Positions 38,397 through 50,692 of a DNA stretch of 64,000 nucleotides are shown in pieces. The notes under the pieces were generated by a model, which saw nothing but the letters and a program-made list of their open reading frames with translations, was not told where the DNA came from and made no database searches. The DNA is from Octopus sinensis. Taxonomy: Eukaryota. The DNA is taken from positions 107,198,001-107,262,000 of the forward strand of contig NC_042999.1 of NCBI RefSeq assembly GCF_006345805.1, written 5' to 3'. Every line of letters starts with the position of its first letter. Positions within the stretch are counted from its first letter, which is position 1. Made by a program: the position numbers and the translations under genes.

Positions 38397-38956
38397 TATT
38401 GGTTTGTCTGGAAAGTTCGTGACGATTTTTAAAGGAAAGAAAAAGGTCAATAAATACTTGCCATTACATTTTTAATCAACCAAATATGAACCATTTTGTA
38501 GCACAATGCGTCTCCAGCTTTCCTTTAACTTGAAAATACCCTCTTCCCAGAACTGAGGTGGTTTCATGCAAAGAATTCATCAATGTATCTTTTTACGTCA
38601 TCCAAGGAATTGAATTTTTTACCATTAAGACTATTCTGCAGAGACCTGAATAAGTGGAAATCTGAAGGAGCAATATCTGGTGAATATGGAGGGTGGGGTA
38701 ACACATCCCAGTCGAGCTGCAACAATTTTTGTCTGGTTCCCAAAGCATCAAATGCCAAAAATGAACTTTATCTTCCATTTTAAAGGGTTACAGAATTAAC
38801 ACAGGTTATAGGAACATAAGTCTTCTTCCACGAAAAGATAGCTTAAACTGTGCTCTAAATGGAGGTGTAGTCAAATCCTATTTTATGGACTCAACCATGT
38901 TCTAAAATAAGTCGAAAGGTAAGCTACTATAAATCAGCACAAACTTTCCGGACAGC

Positions 38957-38961
<5 letters not shown>
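38397..38961 (-). mobile_element. Internally deleted mariner with both TIRs
   Basis: LDWDVLPHPPYSPDIAPSDFHLFRSLQN. TIRs at 38397-38428 and 38931-38961 (tgtc.ggaaagtt.gtg..gattt), TA flanks. Confidence 0.88.
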
Positions 38962-39021
<60 letters not shown>

Positions 39022-39023
39022 TA

Positions 39024-39238
39024 CGAGTGGGGCTGAAAAGTTCCTGGCTTTGGGCAAAAAGAAACACAGGTGGATCAGCTACTTAAGACTCCATTCAGCT
39101 TATTCCACTCTCAGACCCGCATGCCCACTGCAGTGGCCCTTCAATCTCTCCAATCCCTGCAAAAGAACTCAGAAGGTTGAGACTCCAACCACACCTTTCA
39201 TGACACCCTCAAAGTCAGGAACTTTTCAGTACCTCTTG
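39024..39238. mobile_element. mariner-type MITE
   Basis: About 28-bp TIR cgagtggggctgaaaagttcctggcttt versus the inverse of aaagtcaggaacttttcagtacctcttg, TA context. Confidence 0.75.
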
Positions 39239-39249
39239 TGTATATATGC

Positions 39250-39450
39250 TCTTTTATTCTTTTACTTGTTTCTGTCATTTGACAGTGGCCGTGCTTTTAG
39301 TCGAACAAATCAACCCGAGGACTTATTCTTTGTAAACCTAGTACTCATTCCATCGGTCTCCCTTGCCAAACCGCTAATGTATGGAAAACATAAACACACC
39401 AACATCAGTTGTTAATCGATGGTGGGGGACAAACACAGACAGACAAACAT
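39250..39450 (-). mobile_element. Family-1 SINE 3' half
   Basis: Aligns to 5850-6055. Confidence 0.8.
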
Positions 39451-39452
39451 AC

Positions 39453-40790
39453 AATGTAATTATTCTTTTTCATTCCAGGTGCCATTATATTAAACATTTG
39501 CAATGAGTAACCATGCCATGCACAAAAAATTCAGCAGAAATGTCAGATTTTCAAAGAGGTCGTATTGTTGGGCAATCTGAGACTGTGACACTAATTACTG
39601 TAATACATTTAATTAGATGGTGTTCTGCTAATTAACTGCTAAATATTTAATGTTAATTCCATATACAGGTGCGTGCTAGCAGTGTAAGATTTTCAAGTAA
39701 AAATCAGATAGATGTTACATTAAAATTGGTAGATTTTTTTTTCCATACAAAAGCCTCTAAAGGTTATTCCATCGTTCAAAGTAAATTCTTTGTGTTGGCT
39801 TTATTCATCTCAGATTACATCTAATCTCAATTCTCTATAATACACATTTATGTGTCTAGGAATTATTTCTCTTGGTTAGCAATAAATTCTGCTTGTATTA
39901 CTCTTAAAATCTGAAGTTTGTGGCCTTCTGCCGAAAATCTTCAAATTCCTTTTGCTACTGTAAATAAAATTATAGTACAATTCAAAAGCCAAGGAAAGAA
40001 TCAACAGATTCTCGTCCTGGCTGACCTGGGCCCTTGGAAAGGAAGCTTTGCTGTTTGAAGAGAATTGTAGAAAACGAACCCCATTCAAAGGCCCCTGATA
40101 TTGCAAAACAGCTAGAAGTTAGTCCAGGAACATGTGTTACATATCTGCATAAGCTAGGATATTATGGAAGAGCCACTAGAAGAAAACCTCTCCTTCAACC
40201 AATTAATATCATGAAAAGAAAGAAATGAGGAGATGCCAGAAAAATCCAGTTCATTTTAGGATAGAGTGATTTTCTCAGATGAACTCAAATTTGCATTATT
40301 TTCAGACAGTAGACATGTTTGAGTCTGGAGGCTTCCCAATCAAGAATTTGATTTGAAACAACTCCAACCAACTGTGAAACATGGCGGTATCTCTGTAATG
40401 GTTTGGGGAGCTGTCACCAGCAATGGTCGTTCTGAGTTGATTGAATGTGTTGAAACCATAAACTCTGAAAAATACATCGTAATACTTAAGCAAGGGCTAT
40501 TTCCGATGTATTCACAAAATAACATAACGAAAAATGAGATTTTAATCATGGAAGATGGGGCTTCATGCCATACAGCAAAAAGGAATCAACAATGGCTCAC
40601 TGAAAATGGGATGAAAAAACTTGCTTGGCCCAGCCAATCTCTTGACATGGACCAATTGAAAATCTTTGGAGTATATGAGATAGAGCTATACGAAAAACTC
40701 AACAGAAACCTAAAGCTGAAGGTGAATTCTTTGGATTGTTACATGAAAAGTGGACAGAAATTCCACAAACTCACCAGGTCAATGCCAAAA
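39453..40790 (+). mobile_element. Tc1 transposase pseudogene (same family as 8030-8872), with an insert at about 39594-39920
   Basis: 39453-39593 matches 8120-8260. Then HTH-like and GRATRRKPLL, FSDE-like, VMVWGAV and MEDGASCH motifs. No TIRs seen. Confidence 0.85.
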
Positions 40791-40793
40791 AGA

Positions 40794-41340
40794 CACGACA
40801 TGTTGGGGGGATTGGCCAGTACAGGGCCAATCCATAACATTACATGACATATCAGATTCGCCAGAGGGGCAGATAAACCCATAACATTACATGACATGCC
40901 AGAGATTCGCCAGAGGGGCAGAGCCAGCCCATAACATTACATGACATGTCAGGGATTTGCCAGAGGGGTAGACTCAATCAATAACATTACATGACATGTC
41001 AGATTAGCCAGAGGTGCAGACAAACCCATAACATTACATGACAAGTCAGATTCGCCAGAGGGGCAGACAAACCCATAACATTACATGACATGTCAGATTT
41101 GCTAGAGGGGCAGACTGAACCCATTAATGTTATGACATGTCGCAGATTCGCGAGAGGGGCAGGGCCAACTCATAACATTATATGACATGTCGTAGATTCG
41201 CCAGGGGGGGGGCAGGACCAATCCATGACATTACATAACATGTCTGAGTTTCGCCAGAGGGGCAGACCCAATCCATAACATTTATGACATGTTGGGGATT
41301 CGCCAGAGGGGCAGACTCAATCCATAATATATATATGACT
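40794..41340 (+). repeat. Minisatellite, about 10 full units of 46-53 bp plus two partial units
   Basis: Unit ccataacattacatgacatgtcagattcgccagaggggcagacaaa. Confidence 0.95.
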
Positions 41341-41537
41341 TGTAGGCATATGGTATTTTGTTATGGAACCATAACTTACTACGAAGTATATTAAACGTTT
41401 TTAGAATTCAATACCATGTCCTACTGTGTTAGCAGTGCATTTAAATCATGTTAAGATCATCTCTACAGATTTTCCATAGAAGAAATTCTCAAATAATTCT
41501 TCAAGCTCTGTAATTATTATTTTTCAGTGACGTTGTA

Positions 41538-41827
41538 CAGCAATGGACCCCAACATTTTTTGAGCTTCAGGCCAGTTTCATGCAAGACAATTTTTATGAG
41601 AACTGGTGGATCATGCACAAAACAAAATACAGTAAAGTGCATAATATGATTTAATCATTACATATATATATTAAAGAATAAAGACTCTCTTCATTCATGA
41701 ATGACCATGGGAAGTTCCCCTCTGTGACACAAGTTCCCCTAGAAAAAAGTTTTTGCTCTGTTTGGCCTGGTATCAAGTTGCGACATGGTCTAGTATTGGT
41801 TTACAGCCCAGTGGTCAGGAACCACTG
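41538..41827. mobile_element. Degenerate hAT/Charlie-like MITE
   Basis: Starts cagcaatggaccccaacattttt..gtttcatgcaagacaatttt and ends ggtcaggaaccactg. No clear 8-bp TSD. Confidence 0.45.
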
Positions 41828-41849
41828 TTGTGCAGTAATTTGTTGGTCT

Positions 41850-42110
41850 TTGGTCCAGAAAGTTCCCCTCTGAGACACAAGTCTGGACTCACCTGCACAG
41901 TCACTCCACCGACCAAAATCACAAAGAGGACAAGTAGATAGACAAAGGACACGCCTCATCAACAACATCACAGTAGCAATCAACACCCCTTCACAGGAAG
42001 ACACCGCCTATCACTGATTCCACCTTGTTATTTAGATTCACCACTGGGTTGGTGGGGGCAGTTTCAAACCTAAAGACCAGTCCACCAAGTCCAATTTGTG
42101 GCTCTGCCAA
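41850..42110 (-). mobile_element. Degenerate tRNA-headed SINE-like element
   Basis: Minus-strand taattggcagagc and ggtttgaaactg resemble the A and B boxes. Confidence 0.4.
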
Positions 42111-42274
42111 TTAGACTGTCTTTTTTTTTTGCTCTATCCATGAGAAATGGATTCTGGTTTCCATATATATATATATATAAGTTCAGCAAAATTTAGATTC
42201 TGATGAATATGGTACTTAAGTTAAAGGCACCAGAATTTTGTATGGTATTATCCATATATTTCAAATGGGGTGAT

Positions 42275-42483
42275 TATAATCAAAATAAGCAACAAGGATA
42301 TCCAAGGTAGAGTAGCAGAATTGTTTCATGCTACTTCATTTTATTAAACACTGTAAGTATTACATCAGTTTTAAATTGCTCGACATTTTAAAACTGATGC
42401 AATACTTACAGTGTTTAATAAAATGAAGTAGCATGAAACAATTGTACTACTCTACCTTGGATATCCTTGTTGCTTATTTTGAT

Positions 42484-42487
<4 letters not shown>
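42275..42487. repeat. Near-perfect 213-bp palindrome (101-bp arms, 11-nt loop)
   Basis: Arms 42275-42375 and 42387-42487, 3 mismatches. Confidence 0.95.
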
Positions 42488-42515
<28 letters not shown>

Positions 42516-44029
42516 AACTGAAATTCCTACCTCAGTTAAAGATACCCACCTCATCTGTGCTTGTCAATTCAGCTGCACCTCTACCTCATCCACAAACACT
42601 TTTTCTTTCTCTGCCACCAGTCATCCATCCACACTATATCTCCAGCACACTATCTTACATTATTACAAGGTCTGCTTGCTCCTACTATTTACCCATTCTT
42701 TCTCAACCTACTCTTTTCTCCTTTCAATGTCCATATAATCTACTTGTCTATAGCTTCTTACCAGTGGCAAACACACACACACACAAATACACACACAATC
42801 TGGAACACTTCCTTGTTCCCATCCACACTGCAACCCCTGTCCTCTCTTTTTCAACTCCATTTACCTCACCAAATACAACATTATTTCCATATAACCGACT
42901 CCTACACCACTACAATTCGCATTTATTGATTGAAATCCTTCCTCTGCAACCTCCTATATATCAGACGGACTGAACAACTCTTTTCTGAACAATTCACTGA
43001 ATTTATAATGACTCCCTTGTTACATATCATTTCTACACTACAGATCACTCTTTAAATGTTTGGGATTGCACTACACAGAGCTCCCCCAGTTTCTTCTCAC
43101 CAATGTGAACAGGAACTCATTTTCATTCTGCTAAATTTCACACCATATGAACTCAATCACTACCTTTTATTTTTAACTTGTACATCATTATCTTAAATGC
43201 ATGCGTAACACACTTAAGCATATGCATCCAGACCAACGTGCAACCAAATACACACTCACACAAAATCACCACATTTTCTGTTCCGACATGCAGGTGGATA
43301 TAAACCCACTACTTAAAATGCCTACATATATACCCACACATACGCATGTAAATATGTATATAACGTACATAATATCTATCTGTCTACCTATCTAACTGTT
43401 TGTCTATCTATCTATTTAGCTACCTATCCATCTATCCATCCATCTATCCACAAATGCCTAACTGTCAGTCTGGATAAGCTTGGGTTTTCAGAAAATGAAA
43501 TCAACTACTGACTTGCACATTAGAAATATAATCAACCTGTAAGCAGAAGTGTAAAATTATGCAAAACTTTTGCAGGTTTAAAATGTGACATTGTTTCCAT
43601 TATTTACATCCCAAAGAAGGAGCTCTGAATCTTTTTTTAGAAACCAGCTCCTTCTTCAGAGGAAGAATTTAAATGATTATATATATACATGCATGCATAC
43701 CCTGTTGATGTTGAAATTCCAATGAAGGAGCCTTGGCTCTAGGTTAGAAACCAGCTCTTTCTCTACTGGCAAAATATCTTGAAATAAAACTGGATAATGA
43801 TACACACGCATGCATGCATATATATATACATTCATACATACATATAGAGAGTGAAGTATGAGAGAATTAGGAAGGGGATTAGAAGATGGGAACCTGTGGA
43901 ACATGATAGAGTGTTACTTTTTATGTGTGTGGTTTGTGGACGTGAATATTTGAGTCGTGCAGGCCTGGTGAGCCATCAAAATTCTCATAAAAATTGACAC
44001 ATGATAAACAATGATGTGGCTATTCAAAT

Positions 44030-44215
44030 TCATAACAGAACGTGTGTAAAATGTGGAAGAGTGTGCCTCTAAAAAGACATGCTAAGAGAGTGTATATGGT
44101 GACACTTGTTTCTCCTGCTAGCCAGCACAGTTGTCTAGTATGTAATAAAATGTGTAAAAGCTTGGCTGGGCTTAAAAGTCATATAAGGGCATTACATGGC
44201 AACAATCACGAATCA
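44030..44215 (+). pseudogene. C2H2 finger remnant typical of RTE-type ORF2 C-termini
   Basis: CLVCNKMCKSLAGLKSHIRALH, preceded by a broken TCVKCGRVCL*. Confidence 0.5.
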
Positions 44216-44503
44216 TTTCAGTAAGTCTTTTTGCCAATAGCTTTTTTCATGTAATGAGGATGCAGCTGTGATACATACATACATACATAGTTGTGTACAA
44301 AAACAACTAAAACTCATACTACAGATAACACGCACATACACAGACATGTTTGCACACACACAAACACACACACACACACACAAATACATGCATTCTTATA
44401 TTACCTATTTTACCATAGCCGTCGAACAGAAGACAAAGGATCATTTGCTAGAGTAATGTGATGCCCGTTATGTTAAACTGAACAGAGAATCAGACTGACC
44501 ATA

Positions 44504-44695
44504 CATCATCATCATCATCATCGTTTAACGTCTGTTTTCCATGCTAGTAGGAGTTGGACAGTTCGATCAGAGCCTGGGAAGCCAGGGGCTGCACCAGGCT
44601 CCAGTCTGATCTGGCAGTGTTTCTATAGCTGGATGCCCTTCCTAATGCCAACCACTCCAAGAGTGTAGTGGGTGCTTTTTACGTGCCACTGGCAC
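44504..44695 (-). mobile_element. RTE family 3' end
   Basis: (TCA)n plus reverse complement of 1570-1769. Confidence 0.85.
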
Positions 44696-45039
44696 AATGA
44701 ATTTTGAAAGTAAGTTAAGTTATGTGGTAAATGGTACAAGTACATGTCTGTCATTGTGTTGTCAACCTCATATCTCAGACACAGCTAACTAGTTACCAGG
44801 TCATATCTATGTAATTAATTTAAACTGGCAGAGCTTTCCAGTAACACTATTAGCTTTTGGAAATTGTTCATATTCCTAAATGTGAAAATGCCCTGGAAAA
44901 GGCTGATCAAATTTGATTCATTAATGTTTCAGAATATGACCCCAGAGCATTTTACTTCTTCTGAATTAAATACCTGCACAAAATGAAGGTAAGTATTCCA
45001 CCAGCCATATAACCAACTAAAAGAACATCATAAAAGTGT

Positions 45040-45387
45040 AGTAGAATTCTCAGTGTTGAACAGCCGAGAATTCTGTGGAAGCGTCATCCAACCAAAATGC
45101 AAATATATAGGAAACTAACACCTGTGTCATCTCTTGTGAAAGGTAGGAGAGTCCAGTTTGCTGGACATTGTTGTAGAGCTGAAAACGAGGCAATTTCTAC
45201 TCTTCTCCTCTGGAAGCCATCTACTCACAATACCAGAGGGTGCACACTCTCCTACCCTGATGTAATCTCCAGGGATACAGGCATCCAGCAACAGGACCTT
45301 CGTAATGCTATGATGGACTGTGAAGTCTGGCGTAGCATGGTAAATTCCATTGTCTCGACCACGGTCAAACAATGATGATGATGATGT
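45040..45387 (+). mobile_element. 3' end of a second RTE/RTEX-like LINE family
   Basis: RRVQFAGHCCRAENEAISTLLLWKP...SYPDVISRDTG..DLRNAMMDCEVWR, stop, (GAT)n tail. Confidence 0.75.
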
Positions 45388-46429
45388 TGAACAGCCATTC
45401 TCAATGATGGTCTGAGCAAGGCCTACAGCTCAGTGGAAGTACTGCAGGAAAGAGAGCTTGATAAAAATCATCGTTTATGTACATCAAACAAAAATTTCTA
45501 CAGATGCATGGCACAGAATCTGGTGACATTCTAGAATGAATTTTGGAAGCAGAGGGACATTGTGACAAAAGGGACCCTTCAAAAGAAAACAATTACAACT
45601 GGAATGTCATTGACTGTAGGTCTTTTCAATCAGAGTTGACTTGCAAAAAAGTGAAATAGTGTAATACTTACAATGCTAAACCACATTGATTAATTACTAT
45701 TTTTTCACACGAGGAAGTGAAACTACTATATTAATATATTCTATACTAAAGTATTAGTATAGAAAATGAAACCACTATACTAATGCATTGCTCATATTAT
45801 TTTTCTCGGGTATTCTGTAATTGACCTAATAATATATATTAGTACTTGAGGGTGTGGCATGCTTCAAAATATGCTAACAATTGTTAAAAGTTAACATATT
45901 CAAAAGCAAAACTTACAAACAAAAGAAAATATTCAATAATGAAAGTAAAATTGACTTCCACTACACCATCTTGTAGTAATCAGATTCCAAAGCTAATTCA
46001 GACATAATTTCTGGTTTGGTATACTCATCTGCCACTACTGATTTGATGGTATTGTCTTTTATAAACACTGGCAGTTATTCCTACTTGTTTTTCTGCATTT
46101 ATTATTATAACCTGCTCAGTATTTTTTTCAAACACTTTACAATCCTAATTCAAACCTCACTGAGAATTTGTAAGACCATTGAAAAATTTGTTCGTTTCAG
46201 CTCTATATATTTTAAGTTCAAATTCCACCAAAGTCAATTTTGCCTGACTTTTCATTTTTCTTGGGAACAATTATTAAAGTACCAGTCAAGTATTGGAATG
46301 AAAATATATGGCTAACAACTCTCTGCTAAGTTTATAATCTGGTGACAATGTTAACAGTGGTTATAATTTTGTGCACATATTACCTATAATAAAGTGCTTT
46401 TTATTGTGTAAATTTGAAATGTTATACTG

Positions 46430-48240
46430 TGATCATAATTGATAAAGTTGAACTTATGGAAAGGTGAAACTCAACACTGGTGTATCTGTGAGAAGCTTAT
46501 GTACTTTGACTCATTGACAATCTATGAAATAAACAAAATCAAAAATTATTCCAGTTCTTTGCTAATAATGAGTAAAAACACAATAAAAGACAGGAAAATC
46601 TCAGAACTAAATAAAGTTCCTATAATTTAGAATATGTGAATCTACTGAGTTATCTGTGAATTTCAAACAATGATATGGTTTAAAATATAAAATGGCAATA
46701 AACAATGGATTCAATGGCTGTATTTGTTGATAAGTTTATCAAATTAGTTTCTGATGAATAATTAAGCTCTGAGATAGTCTACCATACCAATGATGCCACC
46801 CTATGTCAGAAATATACTCAAAGAAGAACTCACCCTGACAACTTAGGATACAGAATTACCCTCAAGTTATAAAGCTGAAAGACTGCTTCACTGAGCTGGA
46901 CTGGTTTAATGCTGTATAACTCTATGATAATAGGTAAAAGTTTATGACAGAGGGCCTTCAAAGACATGACAGTTTCTAGTGGTTTATCATGCCAACAAGA
47001 AGGGATGACTAACAACTAACATAAAATCGGAATGGTTTAAAAATTATTTTGTACCTGAAATAAGAGCTCACTGTGACTTTATAGACCATAACTCTAAGTA
47101 AGGGTTACTTTAGACAACTGTTTTGCACTTACGTTAGCAAAACTGATAGAAAATAATGTTTTCGTGATTTACTTCTTTCTAACTGTGCATCATAAAACTC
47201 GACCACTTGTGTTGGAAGGCAGCACTGAAGCTAACTGTCTTCTGACAGTTATAAAAAACAATAATTTATAACAATTCTAACAAAAGATAAAAGGATTCAG
47301 TGTTTGAGAACTAGTGACCATCTACAGTAAAATAGCTTATTGAAATTTTTTCCTGATTTCTGTGTTTTAAACATTATTGTAATAAGTAATTACAACTGTA
47401 GAAATTGATATATATACATTACTATCATTTTCAATTAGTTGAAAGGACGGCATTTCAATAAGATTAAATCAACAAAGGTAAATCTAAATATAATCATTGT
47501 CCTTCAAATGTTATGCTTCTCTTTGAAAAGCATCAGGTCCTCAACTTTGTACTAAACAATGGCATAGTAAGTTCACTTATGTCTAAGAATCATTCCTTGC
47601 TTATGAGATTTCTGCTGAGTGTAGTTAATATTGGCAGACCAACACAGAATTTTTTTAAAGAAAATTAATAAAAGAGATATGGTTTATTGCATTGCCTATA
47701 CTTGGAAGTCTGTAGAGGCATCCATACTGAAAGATAAATGACATAAATTCTGGCCAGATTTAACATTTAAATCTGCACTTGCTGAAGACATTACAAATGA
47801 TTTTACAGAATTTTGGATTTCAAAAGAAAAGTAGATTATACATGAGCAGATTTCTTTTGCTCTTGATGCAACTAATCCTACTATGAGGATCTTGCACTGA
47901 GGATGGGTGAAGATAATAATGTTGAAACGAGTAAATGTAGATGATGCTGCAGTTGTTGTTCATCATTTGACTCACTCAGAAATCAGGCAGATGTTTGTAA
48001 ATCTTGAGAAAGATGGTAGTAAAGAAGAAAGCAGTGATGAAAATGAGAAAAATGTAGCCAAAACAATCTCTGTTGACAGATGAATTCATTTGACAGGTGA
48101 GGAGCTAAAAGGCCCAGAGCAATACATCTTTATAACTAAAGAAGATATAATGAATATTTACATGCCGCAGGATAAAATAATCTAAGAAATGCTAAAATGT
48201 ATGAAGCAGCTCAGCTTAGCTTAGAGGACAAGTTTTAAAC
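46430..48240 (+). pseudogene. Tigger/pogo (CENP-B-like) transposase remnant spanning HTH to acidic tail
   Basis: Frameshifted blocks: KVELME/LNTGVSVRSL, IIGKSL*QRAFK..YHANKKG, KKINKRDMVYCIAYTWKSV..HKFWP, NVDDAAVVVHHLTHSEIRQM..DGSKEESSDE. Confidence 0.65.
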
Positions 48241-48297
48241 AAAATAAAATCTATGAAAATGAATCAGTACCATCAACATGCCCATCAAGATTTGTTG

Positions 48298-48345
<48 letters not shown>

Positions 48346-48731
48346 TGTGTGCGCACGTGTGTGTGTATATATATATATACATTATATATATTTTCTCCTT
48401 GTGGCAAGATCAGTGACTGATTGGCATTTAGTTTTCACTATATTGAAAACCGGAGCAAATTCCTGCTATCTCTAGTGGTTGGGTGTCCACCACTGAAGAC
48501 AGGCACAAATAGCCTGAAGCAGTCGTCTGTTAGAAGAAAGTAGGGATTCACTTCCCTGCTTGCAATATATACCAGGTGCATATTGCACCAATAACCAGCT
48601 TGCAGAGGTTCTGCCTGGGATTAAACAGTAGTAATGTTGAACAGCCATATTGATGTGGTGATAAACAATACTTCTCAGTATAGTTGTTACTTTCATCTTT
48701 TATTGAGATTCCTAACTAGCTACTTTGCTTG

Positions 48732-48773
<42 letters not shown>

Positions 48774-48779
48774 CGTTGG

Positions 48780-50043
48780 TAAAGCATAAATCTGTAAAAG
48801 AAGCACACCCTAAGTTATAGAGCAGTATAGTATAAAGATATGTAAGGCCAGTCTTAAAATCTGCTGAGGATAATTGCATTACAAGAATGAAAGAAATGTT
48901 GAAAAATAGGCAAAATGAAAATACAAATTCAAATCATTTTTCACTATGCAATAATGTTTTAAAGCACGTGCAAAGAGTGGTAGTACCAACTGCACTACAG
49001 AAACGTGCATTGCATGAATTCTACAGTGGACTCCCAGGAATGTTGAGAATGAAAGCCTTGATGAGGAACTACGTATATTGACCGACAATAGACCAGGACA
49101 TTGGAAATTGTGTAAAATCATGCAGAGGTTGTGCACTACCAACCAAAGCACTACTGGTGAAATACCAATCATGGCCTGAGATGGATAGTTCATGGTCCAG
49201 AGTACATATTGACTCTGCTGGACCAGTGAACCAAGTATACTTTCTAATTGTTATTGATAGCAGCCAGAAGTATGCAGGTGCAACAAACCAGCCTCAAACA
49301 CAAAAATAAGTTTATTGTATTAAGTATTTGCCCGATACAGTGTTCCAGACACTTTAGTATCAGATAATGGAACACAATTTATTAGTAGTGGATTCAAAAA
49401 TTTCAGAAAAATTTCTGCAGTAAAGTATATTTTTATCCCACTCTACCACCTAAGGTCAAGCGAGCAGGTAGAAAGATTCATTGATACTTTCATGCAAGCA
49501 TTAAAACAAGCAAGAAATGACGTAGGAAATGACAAAATGCTAACAAAATACTTGAGGGTATATAGAGTAACGCCCAATCTGAATCCCACTTTAGGAAAGT
49601 TTCCGGCAGAGTTAATGTTCACGTGAAAAATAAAATCGATCTTCAATAAATTACTGCCAGGAAAAATGTATTTAAAATAAAAATACAGAAAAAGCAACAA
49701 AACATTTTGAAGTAGGAGATAAAGTTCAGTTTAAAATTTAGAAAACTGGTAAAGACAGCTAGGAGAATGGTTTTGTAACTAAAAGATTAGGAAGCATAAT
49801 GTATGTAATTAAAGTACAACGTTGCGAACATAAGAGAAACTTAAACCAATTAAAGGTGAAACATACTGAAAAACAAAAGGAAATACCAATGGAAATCTGC
49901 TATGACATGTTTGGGGTGCCAGCACTGAAAGAGATTGAGCCTTGTAGAAGCATCAGTAGGAAAAGGAAATAGGCTGTACACTTAGAAATAATGCCAAAAT
50001 GAAAATGATATTAAATTTTCTAAAAACATCTCAAAAGGGAAGA
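48780..50043 (+). pseudogene. Ty3/Gypsy integrase remnant and polypurine tract
   Basis: RVVVPTALQKRALHEF..PGMLRMKALMRNYVY*P.ID.DI..CVKSCRGC, WSRVHIDSAGP, VSDNGTQF, VERF. PPT aaaagggaaga at 50033-50043. Confidence 0.88.
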
Positions 50044-50230
50044 TGTGATGAGAGTCACGATGCCCCCTTGCAAGAAATAGACTGGACTAAGCAATTATAA
50101 ATAGTAGGGGTCGAAGTGAAGTTCAAGTGTTAGTTCAAGTTGAGTTCAAAGTGAAGTTGGAAGGTGTCGGTTGGTTAGTTCATTTGGAATATTGATTGTC
50201 GGTTCATGAACAGATTGTTGGATCGTTACA
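50044..50230 (+). mobile_element. Putative 3' LTR (187 bp)
   Basis: Follows the PPT directly. TG...CA ends tgtgatga/tcgttaca form an imperfect 8-bp inverted repeat. TATA-like ataaat at about 50095. Confidence 0.65.
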
Positions 50231-50692
50231 TTGTTATTATGGCTGCATCATTATCTTGTTCACTGCTACAACACTGGTACAGTGTATCTAAACTATCCAT
50301 CACAATATCGTGGTAGTACCACGACATTTGGAGTTGAAGGATACAACAGATCTTAAAGAACCTCCTCAGATATTTTAAATGGAACATATCTAGCTTTTGT
50401 GATATGTCAGTTGTGATTAACCAAGAAGAATCTTTAAATCTAAATTCCCACCCTTCACAGTTCATGTTATAATCTTGGAATCATTTCTAAATATGCTTGA
50501 TAGTGACTGACAGAATAGTTACCAAGCTCAAAAAAAAAATAAGTATTGGGGTTGATTCATTCAAATAAACTTTTTCAAGTCCATGCCCCAGCATGGCCAC
50601 AGTCTAATGACTGAAACAGATAAAGGATTAAACATAAAAGAAGAATCAAAATATAAATTTTAATTCAAAATCACAGCTAAACCATTACATTA

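Noticed and set aside
40794-41340. CRISPR-like appearance of the regular repeat array
   Set aside because: Units are contiguous, with no unique spacers and no cas genes. The context is eukaryotic.
43625-43765. ccaatgaagg...gaaaccagc motif (related copy near 62020-62090)
   Set aside because: The core departs from CUGANGA at several positions and the helices do not close, so it is treated as an unclassified repeat.
44042-44224. C2H2 zinc-finger host gene exon
   Set aside because: One intact finger next to a stop-containing one, no TGEKPY linkers, and a pattern typical of RTE ORF2 ends.
45740-45765. 10-bp hairpin ttctatacta/tagtatagaa
   Set aside because: Short and AT-rich, so likely to occur by chance.
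48472-48696. 74-aa ORF next to the Gypsy remnant
   Set aside because: No domain resemblance on either strand.
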